Shown one piece after another: positions 10,732-22,603 of a stretch of 64,000 bases of DNA. The notes under the pieces are model-generated. The model did no database searches, was not told the DNA's origin, and saw only the letters and a list, made by a program, of their open reading frames with translations. The DNA is from an uncultured Methanosarcinaceae archaeon (GTDB taxonomy: Archaea > Halobacteriota > Methanosarcinia > Methanosarcinales > Methanosarcinaceae): assembly GCA_963727895.1 (NCBI GenBank), contig CAVSHT010000011.1, positions 224,001-288,000 of the forward strand, read 5' to 3'. The position numbers were made by a program, and so were the translations under genes. The first letter of the stretch is position 1; the number at the start of each line of letters is the position of its first letter.

Positions 10732-11434
10732 ATACTAACGCCTCTGTGAGCCTTTTTTCAGAATTTGCTTTAAAGTTTAGATTTTTATTTATTTTTTGAC
10801 CAAACGCGGATACTTTATTTGTTTTCGTTTGTCTTGAATTTTAAATCAAAAACGATTAACATTGAGGCGCGAATTAGATCTTTTTCTCTTGTTCAAGATT
10901 TCCTTTTATAATTTAACTTTTTTCATAGCTTTAACTTACATTTTTCATCACATACTCTTTTACCATCATGAAATTTTTCTGGTTAACGAGGAATGTATAT
11001 TTAAAAGGCAAGCTGTAGGGCTTATGATAACAGGTCATGATTTTGAGCAGTTTTTTGACTATACCTGTAAACTTTGTAACAGGTAATTAATATGCTACAT
11101 GCAATCAGTCTGTGTTATCAATAAATTTTAAGTTTATAAACATTAAAAATGTTTTCACAACTATAAAATTTATTGAATATGTGGTTTCGCTTACTTTTTT
11201 ATAAGGCATTTTATAACTTTAAAGTAGGTAAACAAGGATCTTCTAGTTATTATGAAAACAGAATCCTAAATATCTAAAGTTAATTTCAGAATCATGGGCA
11301 CGGAATATAAATTGAGCTATCTATATGAAAATAATTATAAAATTTTTATATCAAAAATAATTTAACTTATTATTAATTAGTAAAAAGTATCTAAAAAAGG
11401 ACGAAAAAAGTAGATTGGCCTTTCCATTTCTTAT

Positions 11435-13729
11435 TTATGTGTAAAAAGGACTCTCTATTTCTTTCGACTGCCTTTTTCTCAGGCCACCCTGTATAGCCTG
11501 GTAGTATTTCATGGTATCAGGCGTAACAGAAGGGCCAGTTTCAGCAATTGCTTGAATGAAATGTTTGTGCTTTACCTCTTTAGCGTGAAGGTTTTCACGA
11601 AGTGCGTCTCTTCCTGCTTTTTTGCATACCGCTGCAATGTCTGCACCGGTATACTGATCTGTAAGAGTAACAAGTTTGTCAATATCAACATTCTCTGAAA
11701 GCACCATTTTTTCGGTATGAACTTTAAATATTTCCTTTCGAGCTCCGGCGTCTGGAACGGGAACAAGAATTAACTCGTCAAAACGTCCAGGCCTTAGAAG
11801 AGCTGGATCTATAATATCAGGACGGTTTGTTGCTCCTATTACTACTACAGATCTGAGTTCTTCCAGACCATCCATCTCGGAAAGAAGCTGATTCAGGATT
11901 CTAGCCGTAACCTGTGGCTCTCCTACAGAAGCTCCGCGAATAGGTGCAAGAGAATCCAGTTCGTCCAGGAAGATAATAGACGGAGCAACTTGTCTTGCCC
12001 GTGTAAAAACTTCAGCAATCCTTTTTTCAGATTCTCCATACCATTTGGAGAGTAAATCGCTTCCCTTGGCTGTGATAAAGTTTGCCTCTGATTCATGAGC
12101 TATTGCCTTTGCAAGTAAAGTCTTTCCAGTACCTGGAGGACCATATAGAAGAACACCTTTAGGAGCTTCAACCCCTATATCTCTATAAGACTCTGGATTT
12201 TTAAGAGGCCATTCGACGGCTTCTTTCAGAAGTTGTTTTACTTCCTCCAGGCCACCTACATCTTCCCAACTTACATTAGGAACCTCGATAAGAATCTCTC
12301 TTATCGCTGAGGGCTGGACATCTTTCATGGCATTTTCAAAATCTTCCCTTGTGACCCTAAGTGTATCAAGAATCTCACTTGGAATTTCAGGTTCATTAAG
12401 GTTAATTTTTGGAAGAATCTTTCTCAAAGAACTCATTGCTGCTTCCCTGCAAAGCGCAGCAATATCCGCTCCCACAAATCCATGAGTTATTTGAGCAAAA
12501 TCCATGAGATTTACATTTTCAGCAAGCGGCATACCTCTTGTGTGAATCTGGAAAATCTCCAGCCTTCCTTCAGTATCTGGAGCTCTTAACTCAATTTCTC
12601 TGTCAAATCTACCAGGGCGGCGAAGTGCCATATCAATTGCTTCAGGACGGTTAGTTGATCCTATCACAATTACATTTTTGCGGGTTTTAAGTCCGTCCAT
12701 TAATGAAAGAAGCTGAGCAACTACTCTTCGTTCTACTTCTCCGGTAACCTCAGCTCTCTTAGGAGCTATTGAATCTATTTCGTCAAGGAAAATAATTGCA
12801 GGAGCATTTTTCTCTGCTTCTTCGAAAATATCTCTGATCCCTTTTTCTGACTCTCCATAGTATTTGGACATGACCTCCGGACCATTAATTGAAATAAAAT
12901 GGGCATCGGACTCGTTTGCAACTGCTTTGGCAAGCATGGTTTTGCCTGTTCCTGGAGGTCCATAAAGTAGTACTCCTTTTGGAGCATCAATACCGAGTCG
13001 GTCAAAAAGTTCAGGATGCTTTAAGGGCAACTCTATCATTTCTCTTATTTTGGTGATAGCGTCTTTAATTCCACCCAGATCCTCATACATGACGGTAGGA
13101 ATATTTTGTTCTGGAGTTATTTCTGCAGCTTCAGGTAAGAGTTCAACTTCTGTTGTATCTGTAATCTTCACTATCCCCGACGGGGAAGTGGAAATAACCT
13201 GTAATTTTATTTCTCCTAATCCAAAAGACTGACCTATACCTGGACTAAAAAAATCCTGAAAAAAATCTTCAAACATGATTCCTTTTCCGAAAGTTTCCCT
13301 TTCTCTAGATTGTCTCAGGCTTGTGGTTGAAATAAAATCTCCCTTTGAAACCGTACGATTCATAAATATAGCTTTGAGAGTTTCACTTGGAGCATAGATT
13401 TGCATACCCTTGGCTACAGGAGCAAGAATTATACTCTTTGCTTCTTTCCAGGTGGCTTTGCGAATCTCGATATACTCTCCTATACTGGTTTTTGCATTGG
13501 TACGGATAAGCCCGTCCATTCGGATAATATCCAGGCCGGAATCACTGGGATATGAGCGTCCTATCAAAGCTGAAGTAGATTTCCCTCCTATGATTTCCAC
13601 AACGTCAAAAGGTTTGAGGCCCAATCTTTCCCTGAAATTGTCATCTACCCGGACGATCCCTTTTCCGACATCTCTTTGATCAGATTCTGCAACTTTTAAT
13701 TTTGCATTTATTTTTTCCCTGTCAGTCAA
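11435..13729 (-). CDS. cdc48: CDC48/VAT family AAA ATPase
   Basis: Two AAA modules (GPPGTGKT twice; IIFLDE; RPGRFD) plus N-domain. Confidence 0.95.
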   Translation of the reverse strand: MTDREKINAKLKVAESDQRDVGKGIVRVDDNFRERLGLKPFDVVEIIGGKSTSALIGRSYPSDSGLDIIRMDGLIRTNAKTSIGEYIEIRKATWKEAKSIILAPVAKGMQIYAPSETLKAIFMNRTVSKGDFISTTSLRQSRERETFGKGIMFEDFFQDFFSPGIGQSFGLGEIKLQVISTSPSGIVKITDTTEVELLPEAAEITPEQNIPTVMYEDLGGIKDAITKIREMIELPLKHPELFDRLGIDAPKGVLLYGPPGTGKTMLAKAVANESDAHFISINGPEVMSKYYGESEKGIRDIFEEAEKNAPAIIFLDEIDSIAPKRAEVTGEVERRVVAQLLSLMDGLKTRKNVIVIGSTNRPEAIDMALRRPGRFDREIELRAPDTEGRLEIFQIHTRGMPLAENVNLMDFAQITHGFVGADIAALCREAAMSSLRKILPKINLNEPEIPSEILDTLRVTREDFENAMKDVQPSAIREILIEVPNVSWEDVGGLEEVKQLLKEAVEWPLKNPESYRDIGVEAPKGVLLYGPPGTGKTLLAKAIAHESEANFITAKGSDLLSKWYGESEKRIAEVFTRARQVAPSIIFLDELDSLAPIRGASVGEPQVTARILNQLLSEMDGLEELRSVVVIGATNRPDIIDPALLRPGRFDELILVPVPDAGARKEIFKVHTEKMVLSENVDIDKLVTLTDQYTGADIAAVCKKAGRDALRENLHAKEVKHKHFIQAIAETGPSVTPDTMKYYQAIQGGLRKRQSKEIESPFYT

Positions 13730-13916
13730 GCAATATCCCCCATCTTTCCACTCTCCATTTTGTATTATATTGATAGCTATATAAAAAGAAATCAGCTGAA
13801 ATGTTTACCAGCAGATGAGTTGCTTATGAGTTGCTTACCACAATAACTCTATTTTTTATTAGTAAATTTATCTCAAACAAAAAAAGTACTACTCATGGTT
13901 GTCAGGAATCTAAAAA

Positions 13917-14564
13917 TCATATGATGTTTAATGAATTCAATCCCATTTTAACAAAAGCCAGGCCAAATACGATCTGTATAATTCCTAAGATGTGAATTAT
14001 CAAAAAATAATATTTACTACTGATAAACGATTTTGATCTCTCTACTATTAGTGTTATAATTACTTTAGATCCTACAAGGAAGATATAGAATCCCAATATG
14101 AATAAAATTGCATTTGAGACATGAGTGCTCAGGGATTTAAAAATTATAGGACCTCCTATGGAGATCCAGAAGATATATGGATGTGGATTTCCAAAGTTTA
14201 CAATAATTCCTTTTTTAAGAGCATTATTTTTTTCTAATTTTAGTTCTACAATGCTTGAGTTAATTTTTAGGGATTTAATTCCTGAATAAATGAGATAAGA
14301 TGCACCAAAAAATGCAATAATTCCGATAATGGAATTGTAGTTTGTCAAATGTGAGAGAAGAAACAAGATAGCTAGGATTATTGGCAGATCTGTAATTAGA
14401 GGAGACATTGCAACTTTTATTCCTTCCCATTTGCCGTGCTTCAGAGTCTCAGAAATAGTTACAGCCAGTAATGGGCCTGGAGATGTTCCTGAAGCAAGGC
14501 CGAGAAATGATCCAAGAACTAAAAACTCAAAAAAATCCGACATCTTCAATGCCTCATTTTTCAT
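13917..14564 (-). CDS. LysE family translocator
   Basis: SPGP motif, GNPH, hydrophobic, 215 aa. Confidence 0.85.
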   Translation of the reverse strand: MKNEALKMSDFFEFLVLGSFLGLASGTSPGPLLAVTISETLKHGKWEGIKVAMSPLITDLPIILAILFLLSHLTNYNSIIGIIAFFGASYLIYSGIKSLKINSSIVELKLEKNNALKKGIIVNFGNPHPYIFWISIGGPIIFKSLSTHVSNAILFILGFYIFLVGSKVIITLIVERSKSFISSKYYFLIIHILGIIQIVFGLAFVKMGLNSLNII

Positions 14565-14766
14565 ACATCAAATCAGAGAATTTACCTTCAGTGGTTACCA
14601 GACGTGAGTTCCGAATTCAGTTAATTAAATGTCTATTAAATATATAATCTGAAAGTATATTACAGTACACTATTGGTATAACATATACGTTAATGTTGTA
14701 TATAATATTTTTATTTTATCTAAAGTTTGGGGCTTGAAACCTTTGTACTTTAGAAAAAAGAGGTTT

Positions 14767-15519
14767 TTATGCCTCTATTTTTGAAAACAGAATTGCTCCA
14801 ATCATACAGACAAGAATTGAGAGCGAACCTATTATTGCCAAATCGCCATGTATGCCAAATACGCTCATTCCAGCAATGGCACCTCTTAAGCCATCCACTC
14901 CATAAGTAAGTGGATCAATTCTGCTTATAAAATAGATCGCAGATGGCAGGTTGTCAAGGGGGAATAGGGCGCCAGATAGGAAGAATATTGGCATAATCAG
15001 GAAGTTCATAATAAGCTGAAAGCCATGCATATCTGTCATTTTTGCGGCTATGGCAAGTCCAATACCTGTAAAGAAGATAGCTATCAGGAACATAAAAATC
15101 AGTCCTAGTACAAGGCCTGCAATGCTTGGGATTCTGAATCCAAGTAGATAGGTCAGGCTTAGCACGATCAAACCCTGGATCATAGCTATGGATGCGCCTC
15201 CAAGAGTTTTTCCGATCATTATATCTGTCCTTGATATAGGAGCTACCATAGTTTCTTTAAGAAACCCGAATTGTCTGTCCCATATGACCTCAAGTCCAGA
15301 AAATATAGCAGTAAAGAGAATTGACATGGCAACAATACCCGGTGCAAGAAAATCCAGATAGTTTCCCCCTCCACTTGCTTTGGTATACATAGGACCAAAT
15401 CCGAACCCAAATGTCACCAGAAAGAGAATGGGCTGCCCGAGAGAACCCAGCAGCCTGGATTTGGAGCGCCAATAGTGTTTTAGCTGCCTAAGCCAGAGAA
15501 TATAGATTACTTCTATCAA
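14767..15519 (-). CDS. ABC-2 type exporter permease
   Basis: DRQFGFLKE, FFLSGALFP, PLTYGVD. Confidence 0.92.
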   Translation of the reverse strand: MIEVIYILWLRQLKHYWRSKSRLLGSLGQPILFLVTFGFGFGPMYTKASGGGNYLDFLAPGIVAMSILFTAIFSGLEVIWDRQFGFLKETMVAPISRTDIMIGKTLGGASIAMIQGLIVLSLTYLLGFRIPSIAGLVLGLIFMFLIAIFFTGIGLAIAAKMTDMHGFQLIMNFLIMPIFFLSGALFPLDNLPSAIYFISRIDPLTYGVDGLRGAIAGMSVFGIHGDLAIIGSLSILVCMIGAILFSKIEA

Positions 15520-16316
15520 TGCCTGATCCTCCTTCTCATTCCTTTAATCGGTCTCACGTGATTTCCAGACACGTTATCGTCTCTTATGTCTTTACCTGTT
15601 AATTTTAGAAAAGCTTCTTCTAAGGATTCTGTTTCTGTCCGCTTCTTTATTTCTTCTACAGTGCCTGATTCGATAATTTTTCCATGATCAATGATTGCGA
15701 TCTGGTCTGCAACTGCTTCAGCTTCTTCCATGTAATGCGTGGTCAGAAAAATTGTCATACCTTTCTCTTTGTTGAGGTCTTTTATGTGGTCCCATATAGA
15801 GTTTCGAGTCTGAGGATCAAGGCCTACCGTAGGTTCATCAAGAAATAGTATCTTTGGGTAATGAACAAGTGAACGCGCAATCTCAAGCCTGCGCTTCATA
15901 CCACCTGAAAAATTTTTAACATAGTCTTCTCGCCTGTCCCAGAGCCCGACAATTTCTAGAGCTTTCTGAATTCTTTCTTCTCTTTCTGTTTTAGGCACTT
16001 TGTAGATGACTGCATGATAAACGATGTTTTCGTAAGCTGTCAGCTCGTCATCAAGGCTGTGGTCCTGAAAGACTATCCCAAAAGATGCACGAGCTTTATC
16101 CTGTTCTTTGAGTGCATTGAAACCGTTAATGCTTATTTCCCCTGATGTTGGTTTCAGGACTGTTGTAAGCATTTTGATGGTTGTGGATTTGCCTGCTCCA
16201 TTTGGACCAAGAAAAGCAAAGATCGAGCCTGTTTCAACGTTAAAGCTGATATTTTTTACAGCCGTAAAATCATCAAATTTCTTTGTTAGAGATTGAACTG
16301 AGAGTATATTCTGCAT
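15516..16316 (-). CDS. ABC exporter ATP-binding subunit (DrrA-like)
   Basis: GPNGAGKS, FSGGM, LFLDEPT, TTH. Confidence 0.93.
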   Translation of the reverse strand: MQNILSVQSLTKKFDDFTAVKNISFNVETGSIFAFLGPNGAGKSTTIKMLTTVLKPTSGEISINGFNALKEQDKARASFGIVFQDHSLDDELTAYENIVYHAVIYKVPKTEREERIQKALEIVGLWDRREDYVKNFSGGMKRRLEIARSLVHYPKILFLDEPTVGLDPQTRNSIWDHIKDLNKEKGMTIFLTTHYMEEAEAVADQIAIIDHGKIIESGTVEEIKKRTETESLEEAFLKLTGKDIRDDNVSGNHVRPIKGMRRRIRH

Positions 16317-16577
16317 GGGTAAACCTTAAACGCTTTTTTTTCAATAAGAAAAGGCTGAATTGTAGAATTTCTTTTGCCAAATCTCTTTTATTAGAACTTT
16401 TCCGGTTCAGTCTGGCTTTGGAGAAATTCTCTGAAATTTTTGCAGGAAAGAAGTATTTGTGTTTTATTGTTTTGCGGATTCCGTTATGATTTTTTATTGT
16501 TCTGAGAGGAACAAAGTATACAAATTCATCATAAACCTATATTATAAAATTTATAATAACATTTGTTATTCTGTTCT

Positions 16578-16633
16578 TCAACATTTATCAATTCAACATT
16601 TATCAATTCAACATCTATCAATCCAACATTTAT
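16578..16633. repeat. 15-bp tandem repeat, about 4 copies
   Basis: TCAACATTTATCAAT units, intergenic. Confidence 0.8.
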
Positions 16634-17220
16634 AAATTTCATTGTACAAATGATCTAATTCTTTCTATATAATCAGTATTTTTTGCTTGAATTTATTGCT
16701 CATATAAATTACATTTCTTTTATAAATCCTCTGCTATATATTTTCTCTTTTTATATGTGCGGTTTGCACCAGAATCTTTTGTAATTCATTGGGACTTTGT
16801 TTCTATTCTATCTGTAAAACTTAGCTTATTATTCATATGTCTAAATTCAGTCTTTATATAGAATCTTATCTTTTTTAAGAGGGAAAGAACTTTAATCTTT
16901 GAGGAAATATTTTAGCGGATATATAACTAGATTGATTTGTTATTCTTGAAATAATGGCTATGTTATATCTTGTATTCTTTATCCACATATCACTAAAATT
17001 TTCGGTTTAATATGTATTTGACCTGTGGTGTTAACCTGTAAGTTCTTTTAATCTGATCGATTTCTATTTAATATATGTTTATTATTATCAGTTAAGACAG
17101 GTTTAATTATAATTTAACTCCAATTTAATATTTTTATTAAACGCATTTACCTTCAATAAATAAAACTATAATCAAAAAATCATAATTCAATATCTTAATC
17201 ATACCCAGGAGCATTAATCA

Positions 17221-18105
17221 ATGAAACGAAAGTGGGAAAGAGATCTGGGACTTCAAGGAAGAATGATTTTCACAATGTTTCTTCTGGCAGCAGTTTATAT
17301 TTTTTTCTTGGTGTTTCTTTCGTACAATGGAACACCACCTGTAGTCATGATGCTTTTTGTAGGCTTTTTCATGGCTATCCAGTATTTTTACTCGGATAAA
17401 CTGGTACTCTGGTCAACTGGAGCACACGTTGTCTCTGAAAGCGAAGCCTCACAACTTCATGGAATGATTACCAGGCTATGTGCAATAGCTGATCTTCCAA
17501 AGCCAAAAGTTGCGATTGTCAGAACCGAGGTTCCAAACGCTTTTGCAACAGGCAGAAACCAGAACAATGCTGTTGTTGCAGTTACAACAGGAATTATGGA
17601 CAAACTCTCTGCAGCCGAGCTCGAGGCAGTTCTTGCTCATGAACTTACTCATATCAAGAATAGGGACATGGCTGTCTTAACAATTGCCAGTTTTATCTCA
17701 ACTCTGGCTTTTTACTTTGTCCGTAACATCCTTTTCTTTGGAAACATGGGAAATGACCGAAAGAAAGAAGGAGGAGGCATTTTACTTGTCTGGTTAGTTT
17801 CAATGGCGGTCTGGGTTATCAGTTTTATACTGATTCGAGCCCTTTCTCGTTACAGGGAATATGCTGCAGATAGAGGTTCAGCTATTATTACCGGACAGCC
17901 ATCTGACCTTGCATCTGCCCTTATGAAAATAAGTGGACTTATGTCCAGGGTTCCGAATGAAGATCTCAGAAAAGTAGAAGGAATGAATGCCTTTTTCATT
18001 ATTCCTGCAATCTCAGGTTCTTCTATAATGAATCTTTTTTCCACTCATCCATCTGTGGAAAAAAGAATAGCCAAACTTGAAAAAATGCAGCAGGAAATGG
18101 CTTAA
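17221..18105 (+). CDS. htpX: Zinc metalloprotease HtpX
   Basis: PNAFATG, AHELTH, REYAAD, FSTHP. Confidence 0.95.
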   Translation: MKRKWERDLGLQGRMIFTMFLLAAVYIFFLVFLSYNGTPPVVMMLFVGFFMAIQYFYSDKLVLWSTGAHVVSESEASQLHGMITRLCAIADLPKPKVAIVRTEVPNAFATGRNQNNAVVAVTTGIMDKLSAAELEAVLAHELTHIKNRDMAVLTIASFISTLAFYFVRNILFFGNMGNDRKKEGGGILLVWLVSMAVWVISFILIRALSRYREYAADRGSAIITGQPSDLASALMKISGLMSRVPNEDLRKVEGMNAFFIIPAISGSSIMNLFSTHPSVEKRIAKLEKMQQEMA

Positions 18106-18146
18106 GCGGAAAAAGTTAACAGTATGTAATTAAGAGGAAAAACTAA

Positions 18147-18746
18147 ATGGGTCTTCGGGATTTGATGAATGCAGTCCTCGGGAGTAGCAAGCTTCCGAAG
18201 GCAAAAACTGAAAAGCTCTTTGCAATGTCCACAGCTAGTATAACTCTAGAAAGTGCTCTTGACCTAAAACCGTCAGGAGCTGCAGGAATTTGCTTTAAAC
18301 CAATAAGTGCTTCATCGTACGAATCTGCACGAAAAGAGATTCAGGAGCTTCTGGAATATAGTTCTAAGGAAACAAATACTGAATTCAGGCTTGAAAAAGA
18401 CGAGTTTAACTTCCTGTGGGCTATTTTTAAAGATCCGGATTTCGAAGACCTTATTGCAAATATTCACCTTGTAAGTGAAACCCTTGAAGAACATAGTTTT
18501 GGCGAACAGCTTCTCTGTGCTATTTACAGGTTTGACCGTGAATCCGAAGCCGGAAACTCTGGCACTGGAAAATCTGTTTACTGGATCTACAATTTTAAGC
18601 AGGGAACATATTATCCTTTTGTCCCGCTTTCCGGCAAGCAAAGAGATAACCCTTTCGAATTCAGGTTAAGAGCAGAAATGGAAAAGGAAATGCCAATAGA
18701 AAAAAATGTAGAAAAATGGTATCCTCTATGGGGAATTCCTTTCTAA
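18147..18746 (+). CDS. Conserved protein downstream of htpX (PspAB-like)
   Basis: YWIYNFKQGTYYPFVP and WYPLWGIP motifs; directly downstream of htpX on the same strand. Confidence 0.6.
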   Translation: MGLRDLMNAVLGSSKLPKAKTEKLFAMSTASITLESALDLKPSGAAGICFKPISASSYESARKEIQELLEYSSKETNTEFRLEKDEFNFLWAIFKDPDFEDLIANIHLVSETLEEHSFGEQLLCAIYRFDRESEAGNSGTGKSVYWIYNFKQGTYYPFVPLSGKQRDNPFEFRLRAEMEKEMPIEKNVEKWYPLWGIPF

Positions 18747-18749
18747 AAA

Positions 18750-18990
18750 ACTTTTATTCTTAACTTTTTATTCTCTTAACCTTTTATTCTCTTAACCTTT
18801 TATTCTCTTAACTTTTATTCTCTTAACCTTTTATTCTCTTAACCTTTTATTCTCTTAACCTTTTATTCTCTTAACCTTTTATTCTCTTAACCTTTTATTC
18901 TCTTAACCTTTTATTCTCTTAAACTGCGCTATTATCTTAACCTTTTATTATCTTAAACTGCGCTATTATCTTAAACTGCGCTATTATCTT
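18750..18990. repeat. Minisatellite: 16-bp CCTTTTATTCTCTTAA (about 11 copies) then 18-bp ACTGCGCTATTATCTTAA variants
   Basis: Direct reading; lies between convergent genes. Confidence 0.95.
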
Positions 18991-18998
18991 TACTTTTT

Positions 18999-19968
18999 TC
19001 AATCAAGTTTCAAGTTTAATCCTTTGCTTTTAAGCTCTTCAATCAGCTCTTTTGAGTATTCGGGCACAGATCCAGGTTTTGACGCAATATGAGTCCCAAG
19101 AATACAGGCAATTGAAGCTGCTTTTGAAACGCCATGCCCTGAAAGATAGGTATAAAGAAAACCTGCTGAAAAAGCGTCTCCAGCTCCAACGGTATCTGCA
19201 ACCTCAACAGGAGTAGTTTCTATTTCTTCATAAATTCCTTTATGGTAAACAGCCGCTCCTTTTGGTCCTTTTGTTATGCAAATTACCGAAATTTCAGGAT
19301 ATTTCTCAGAAACAAGGCTGCAAAACGCTTTATAAGTGGAAAGAGATTTGCAAACATCTACTGTACTATAAAGCAGGTCGCAAATAGTTGCAGCCTCCTC
19401 TTCGTTCATTTTTAGAATTGTTGCACGTTTGAGCGAAGAAAGTATCCATTCTTTTTTGTAGTAACCTGTTCTCAGGTTTACATCGTAGAAGAAATGTTTT
19501 GCTTTTATTTCCGAAAATAGCCTTTCGAGGGTTTTTCTGTTTTCTTCAGTTCTCTGGGCAAGGGTTCCAAAGCAGAAACACGTCCCATTCCTCCTCTGAA
19601 AGATCTCTGAACTTCTTTTCATCCGGTGTTATTGCATCCCAGGCAACATCTTCATTAATCGTAAAAACAGGAATTCCTTCAGCCTGTAGTTCGACAGTAA
19701 CAGTACCTGTAGGTCTTTTTTCATCAATTAGTATATAAGAAGTATCAATTCCCATTGCTTCAGCCTTAGCGAGCAGGATTTTTCCGAGATCATCGTTTCC
19801 GACTGCCGTAAGTACAGACGGTCTTGCTCCCAATTTTGCAAGATGAGCTGCAAGATTTAGCGGAGCTCCTCCAAGATGCGCTGAACCCCTGATAATATCA
19901 AAAAGAGCCTCTCCAAAAGTGAGCACTTTAATTTGCTTAATGCGGTCTGAATGAGGATTTTCGTTCAT
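18999..19968 (-). pseudogene. PfkB family sugar kinase (fructokinase-like), one frameshift
   Basis: GEALFD, GGAPLN and DTVGAGDAF split over two ORFs; frameshift near 19575. Confidence 0.85.
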
Positions 19969-20453
19969 TATATGGTATATTGATTCCTGAATGATAATAA
20001 TTTGACTTGCGAATACCAAAGAAGAATTTGAACAAGTTAATAATGAATATTGATAAGTGTATGTTTATTAAACTTGTTTTTCTAGTTATATGAAGAAATA
20101 ATTGCACTCAACCTGTTTTTTTGTTTTTTCTTTATCACAGAATTTAAATATATTGAAAGCGCAGAAGATGCTTCCCACAATTATTCTTTTAACAAAACGA
20201 AATGAAGATTTAAATTAATAAAAAAAGAAAGGTTTTAAGTTAAAAAACTAATTTGAAAGCTTCATAAAAAAATAACTATAAAAAAGTAGATTTTATATAA
20301 TAAAAAACGTTGATGCTTTTTTAATAAATATATGTTTATCAAATAATAATTATTGTTGTGATTTAACTCTTCAGATGATAAGTTTTATAGAGATTCATTC
20401 ACATTTACTTGGAGTTTCATTAATAGGAAGTTTCATTAATAGGACTTGAGATT

Positions 20454-21713
20454 ATGAAAAACAAAATAATTGCATTTGATTTCTTGAGAGCTTTAGCAAT
20501 AGCAATGATTATTCCGGCTCACTTAAGTAACTTTTTGTTTTTTACTCCACTTAAATTAGCACTTTATGCCGTTGACCCTTATGTTGCAAATATGGGATTA
20601 GGGCTTTTTATTTTTATGAGTGGATATTTGTTATATTATAACAATAACTCAATAAAATCATTCCAGAATGTTTTGTCTTTCTACAAAAAAAGGCTCCTCA
20701 GAATTTACCCTCTTTACTGGGCAGCTTTAGCCGCTTTTACACTTGTATTCTACATATTCGCTCCAAATTTGCACTCAGGCTTTTTATTTCCTAACGCTGA
20801 ACATGTATTTACGTTTAGTAATCTAATCATACATGTACTGGGACTACAGATCTTCCTTGCCCCTGCGTATGCATCTCCAATGCTAACACTATATTTTGTA
20901 GGGTTAATTGTTGCCTTTTATGCGATTTACCCGTTCATCATTATGCTTTCAAATAATTCAAAACAGCTTCTACTTTACCCTGCTGTTGTATATCTAGGGT
21001 TTTTGTTAATTTCAAAAGTTTTCAATATTATTGATAATCGCTTTTTTATGTTTTTCCCGACATTTATTTTTGGGATTCTTACCTGTAAAGAAAGTCTATT
21101 TGAAAAGTCAATAACAACGATCATGAAGATTCCTGTTGTTCAGGTACTTCTGGCAGTTTTTCCTGCTATATTTGTAATATTTATTGTTATAGGCTCAAGA
21201 ACAACTCTCCTCCTAAGTCCAGGGGCTTCATTTGTCATTGAGTCTGCAAGTGGGGGAGCTATAGAATCTCACATGGTTGTATCGATGCTAACAAGTGTAG
21301 CTCATTTGATGGGCATGGGTTACGATAACTTAGAATTCATCATTGATTCTGTGATTCTTCTCAATATATTTGTGATAATGTTCTGTGTCCTGGAATATAA
21401 ATTCGCAATGAAATTTATAAATAATAAATTTTCAGATTCTTGGAGTTTTGCCTTTACGTATATAGCCACTGCTTCATATTGTGTTTATCTGTTTCACAGA
21501 CCATTCCTGGCTCTCTGGAACTCCTTAACACACTTTATAGGTAGTCCAATCCTGCATGATGTTATCCTACTAGTTGTAGCCTTGCCTATCCTGCTTATTA
21601 TAGCGTATCGCCTTCAAATCTTTGAATTAAGTGTAAAAAAGTCTATTTCACAGAAAAAAAATTCTCATAATGGACCTTCTGTTAAATGCTCTACAAATGG
21701 TTTCAACAAGTGA
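20454..21713 (+). CDS. Acyltransferase family 3 (OafA-like) membrane protein
   Basis: DFLRALA, FIFMSGY, KKRLLRIYPLY, SYCVYLFH. Confidence 0.88.
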   Translation: MKNKIIAFDFLRALAIAMIIPAHLSNFLFFTPLKLALYAVDPYVANMGLGLFIFMSGYLLYYNNNSIKSFQNVLSFYKKRLLRIYPLYWAALAAFTLVFYIFAPNLHSGFLFPNAEHVFTFSNLIIHVLGLQIFLAPAYASPMLTLYFVGLIVAFYAIYPFIIMLSNNSKQLLLYPAVVYLGFLLISKVFNIIDNRFFMFFPTFIFGILTCKESLFEKSITTIMKIPVVQVLLAVFPAIFVIFIVIGSRTTLLLSPGASFVIESASGGAIESHMVVSMLTSVAHLMGMGYDNLEFIIDSVILLNIFVIMFCVLEYKFAMKFINNKFSDSWSFAFTYIATASYCVYLFHRPFLALWNSLTHFIGSPILHDVILLVVALPILLIIAYRLQIFELSVKKSISQKKNSHNGPSVKCSTNGFNK

Positions 21714-22000
21714 ACTCGTACTCTTGAAAATACTGTGAAATTTTAAGTTTTAAGGTTAGGACTGCAAATCTCTAAAACAGTGTCAGAGTTTTCAGTTCCA
21801 TAATTTTATTATTGCGTCACTGTTGAGTCTTTTGGTGGTTAGACAAATTTCTCGAAATTCTGTTATGAAAAAGGTTCAAATGAAAATTGCAACTCTGAAA
21901 TCTAAAGAATTACTTTGGGTTTTGAATTAGCTTATTTTTTAATACACAATTTGAAACTCATGAACTTTAGTCAAAATTAGTCAAAAAATCAGAATAAATA

Positions 22001-22134
22001 AAGGATAGAAAGCAATAAGGATAGAAAGCAATAAGGATAGAAAGCAATAAGGATAGAAAGCAATAAGGATAGAAAGCAATAAGGATAGAAAGCAATAAGG
22101 ATAGAAAGCAATAAGGATAGAAAGCAATAAGGAT
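22001..22134. repeat. Perfect 16-bp tandem repeat AAGGATAGAAAGCAAT, 8 copies plus a partial
   Basis: Direct reading. Confidence 0.97.
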
Positions 22135-22201
22135 GAACGCAATTTTGGATTCTGAAACTCGAAAATAAAGTGGATTACCAGGATTAACTCTTTATTAAGT
22201 T

Positions 22202-22369
22202 TTAATCCAGAACGCAAATGACTTCGCAAACATGACCGTATAATTCTTTCCAGAGAACAGATTGACTATCAAGAAGCTTTAATCTTTCTTCATAGGCCTT
22301 CCCTTCTTTTTTATTTTCTATCTCGTTGAGCTCATTCACAAGCCTTGTGACTTCTGTTAGGTCACTCAT
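22202..22369 (-). CDS. Small hypothetical protein (55 aa), below the ORF-track cutoff
   Basis: MSDLTEVTRLVNELNEIENKKEGKAYEERLKLLDSQSVLWKELYGHVCEVICVLD*; GAAGGA upstream. Confidence 0.55.
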   Translation of the reverse strand: MSDLTEVTRLVNELNEIENKKEGKAYEERLKLLDSQSVLWKELYGHVCEVICVLD

Positions 22370-22603
22370 AAGTGATCAGTCCTTCTCAATATTTCATTTT
22401 GTAATTAACTCTTATGTGATATACAATATATTGCAAACAAACTATTTAAAAATAATTAGGAAATGCTTCTTGGAAACTTCAACTTAAAAATATCCCAAAA
22501 CCTTTTTTTCTAAATCATCAGAGTTTTTAGGATCATTTACTCTGATCATATATTCTATGTTCTAATCTCAAACCTTAAACTGGATATTTTGAACTTGAAT
22601 TTT

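Noticed and set aside
18750..22134. 16-bp arrays as CRISPR or replication iterons
   Set aside because: Head-to-tail with no spacers and no adjacent cas, rep or cdc6 gene
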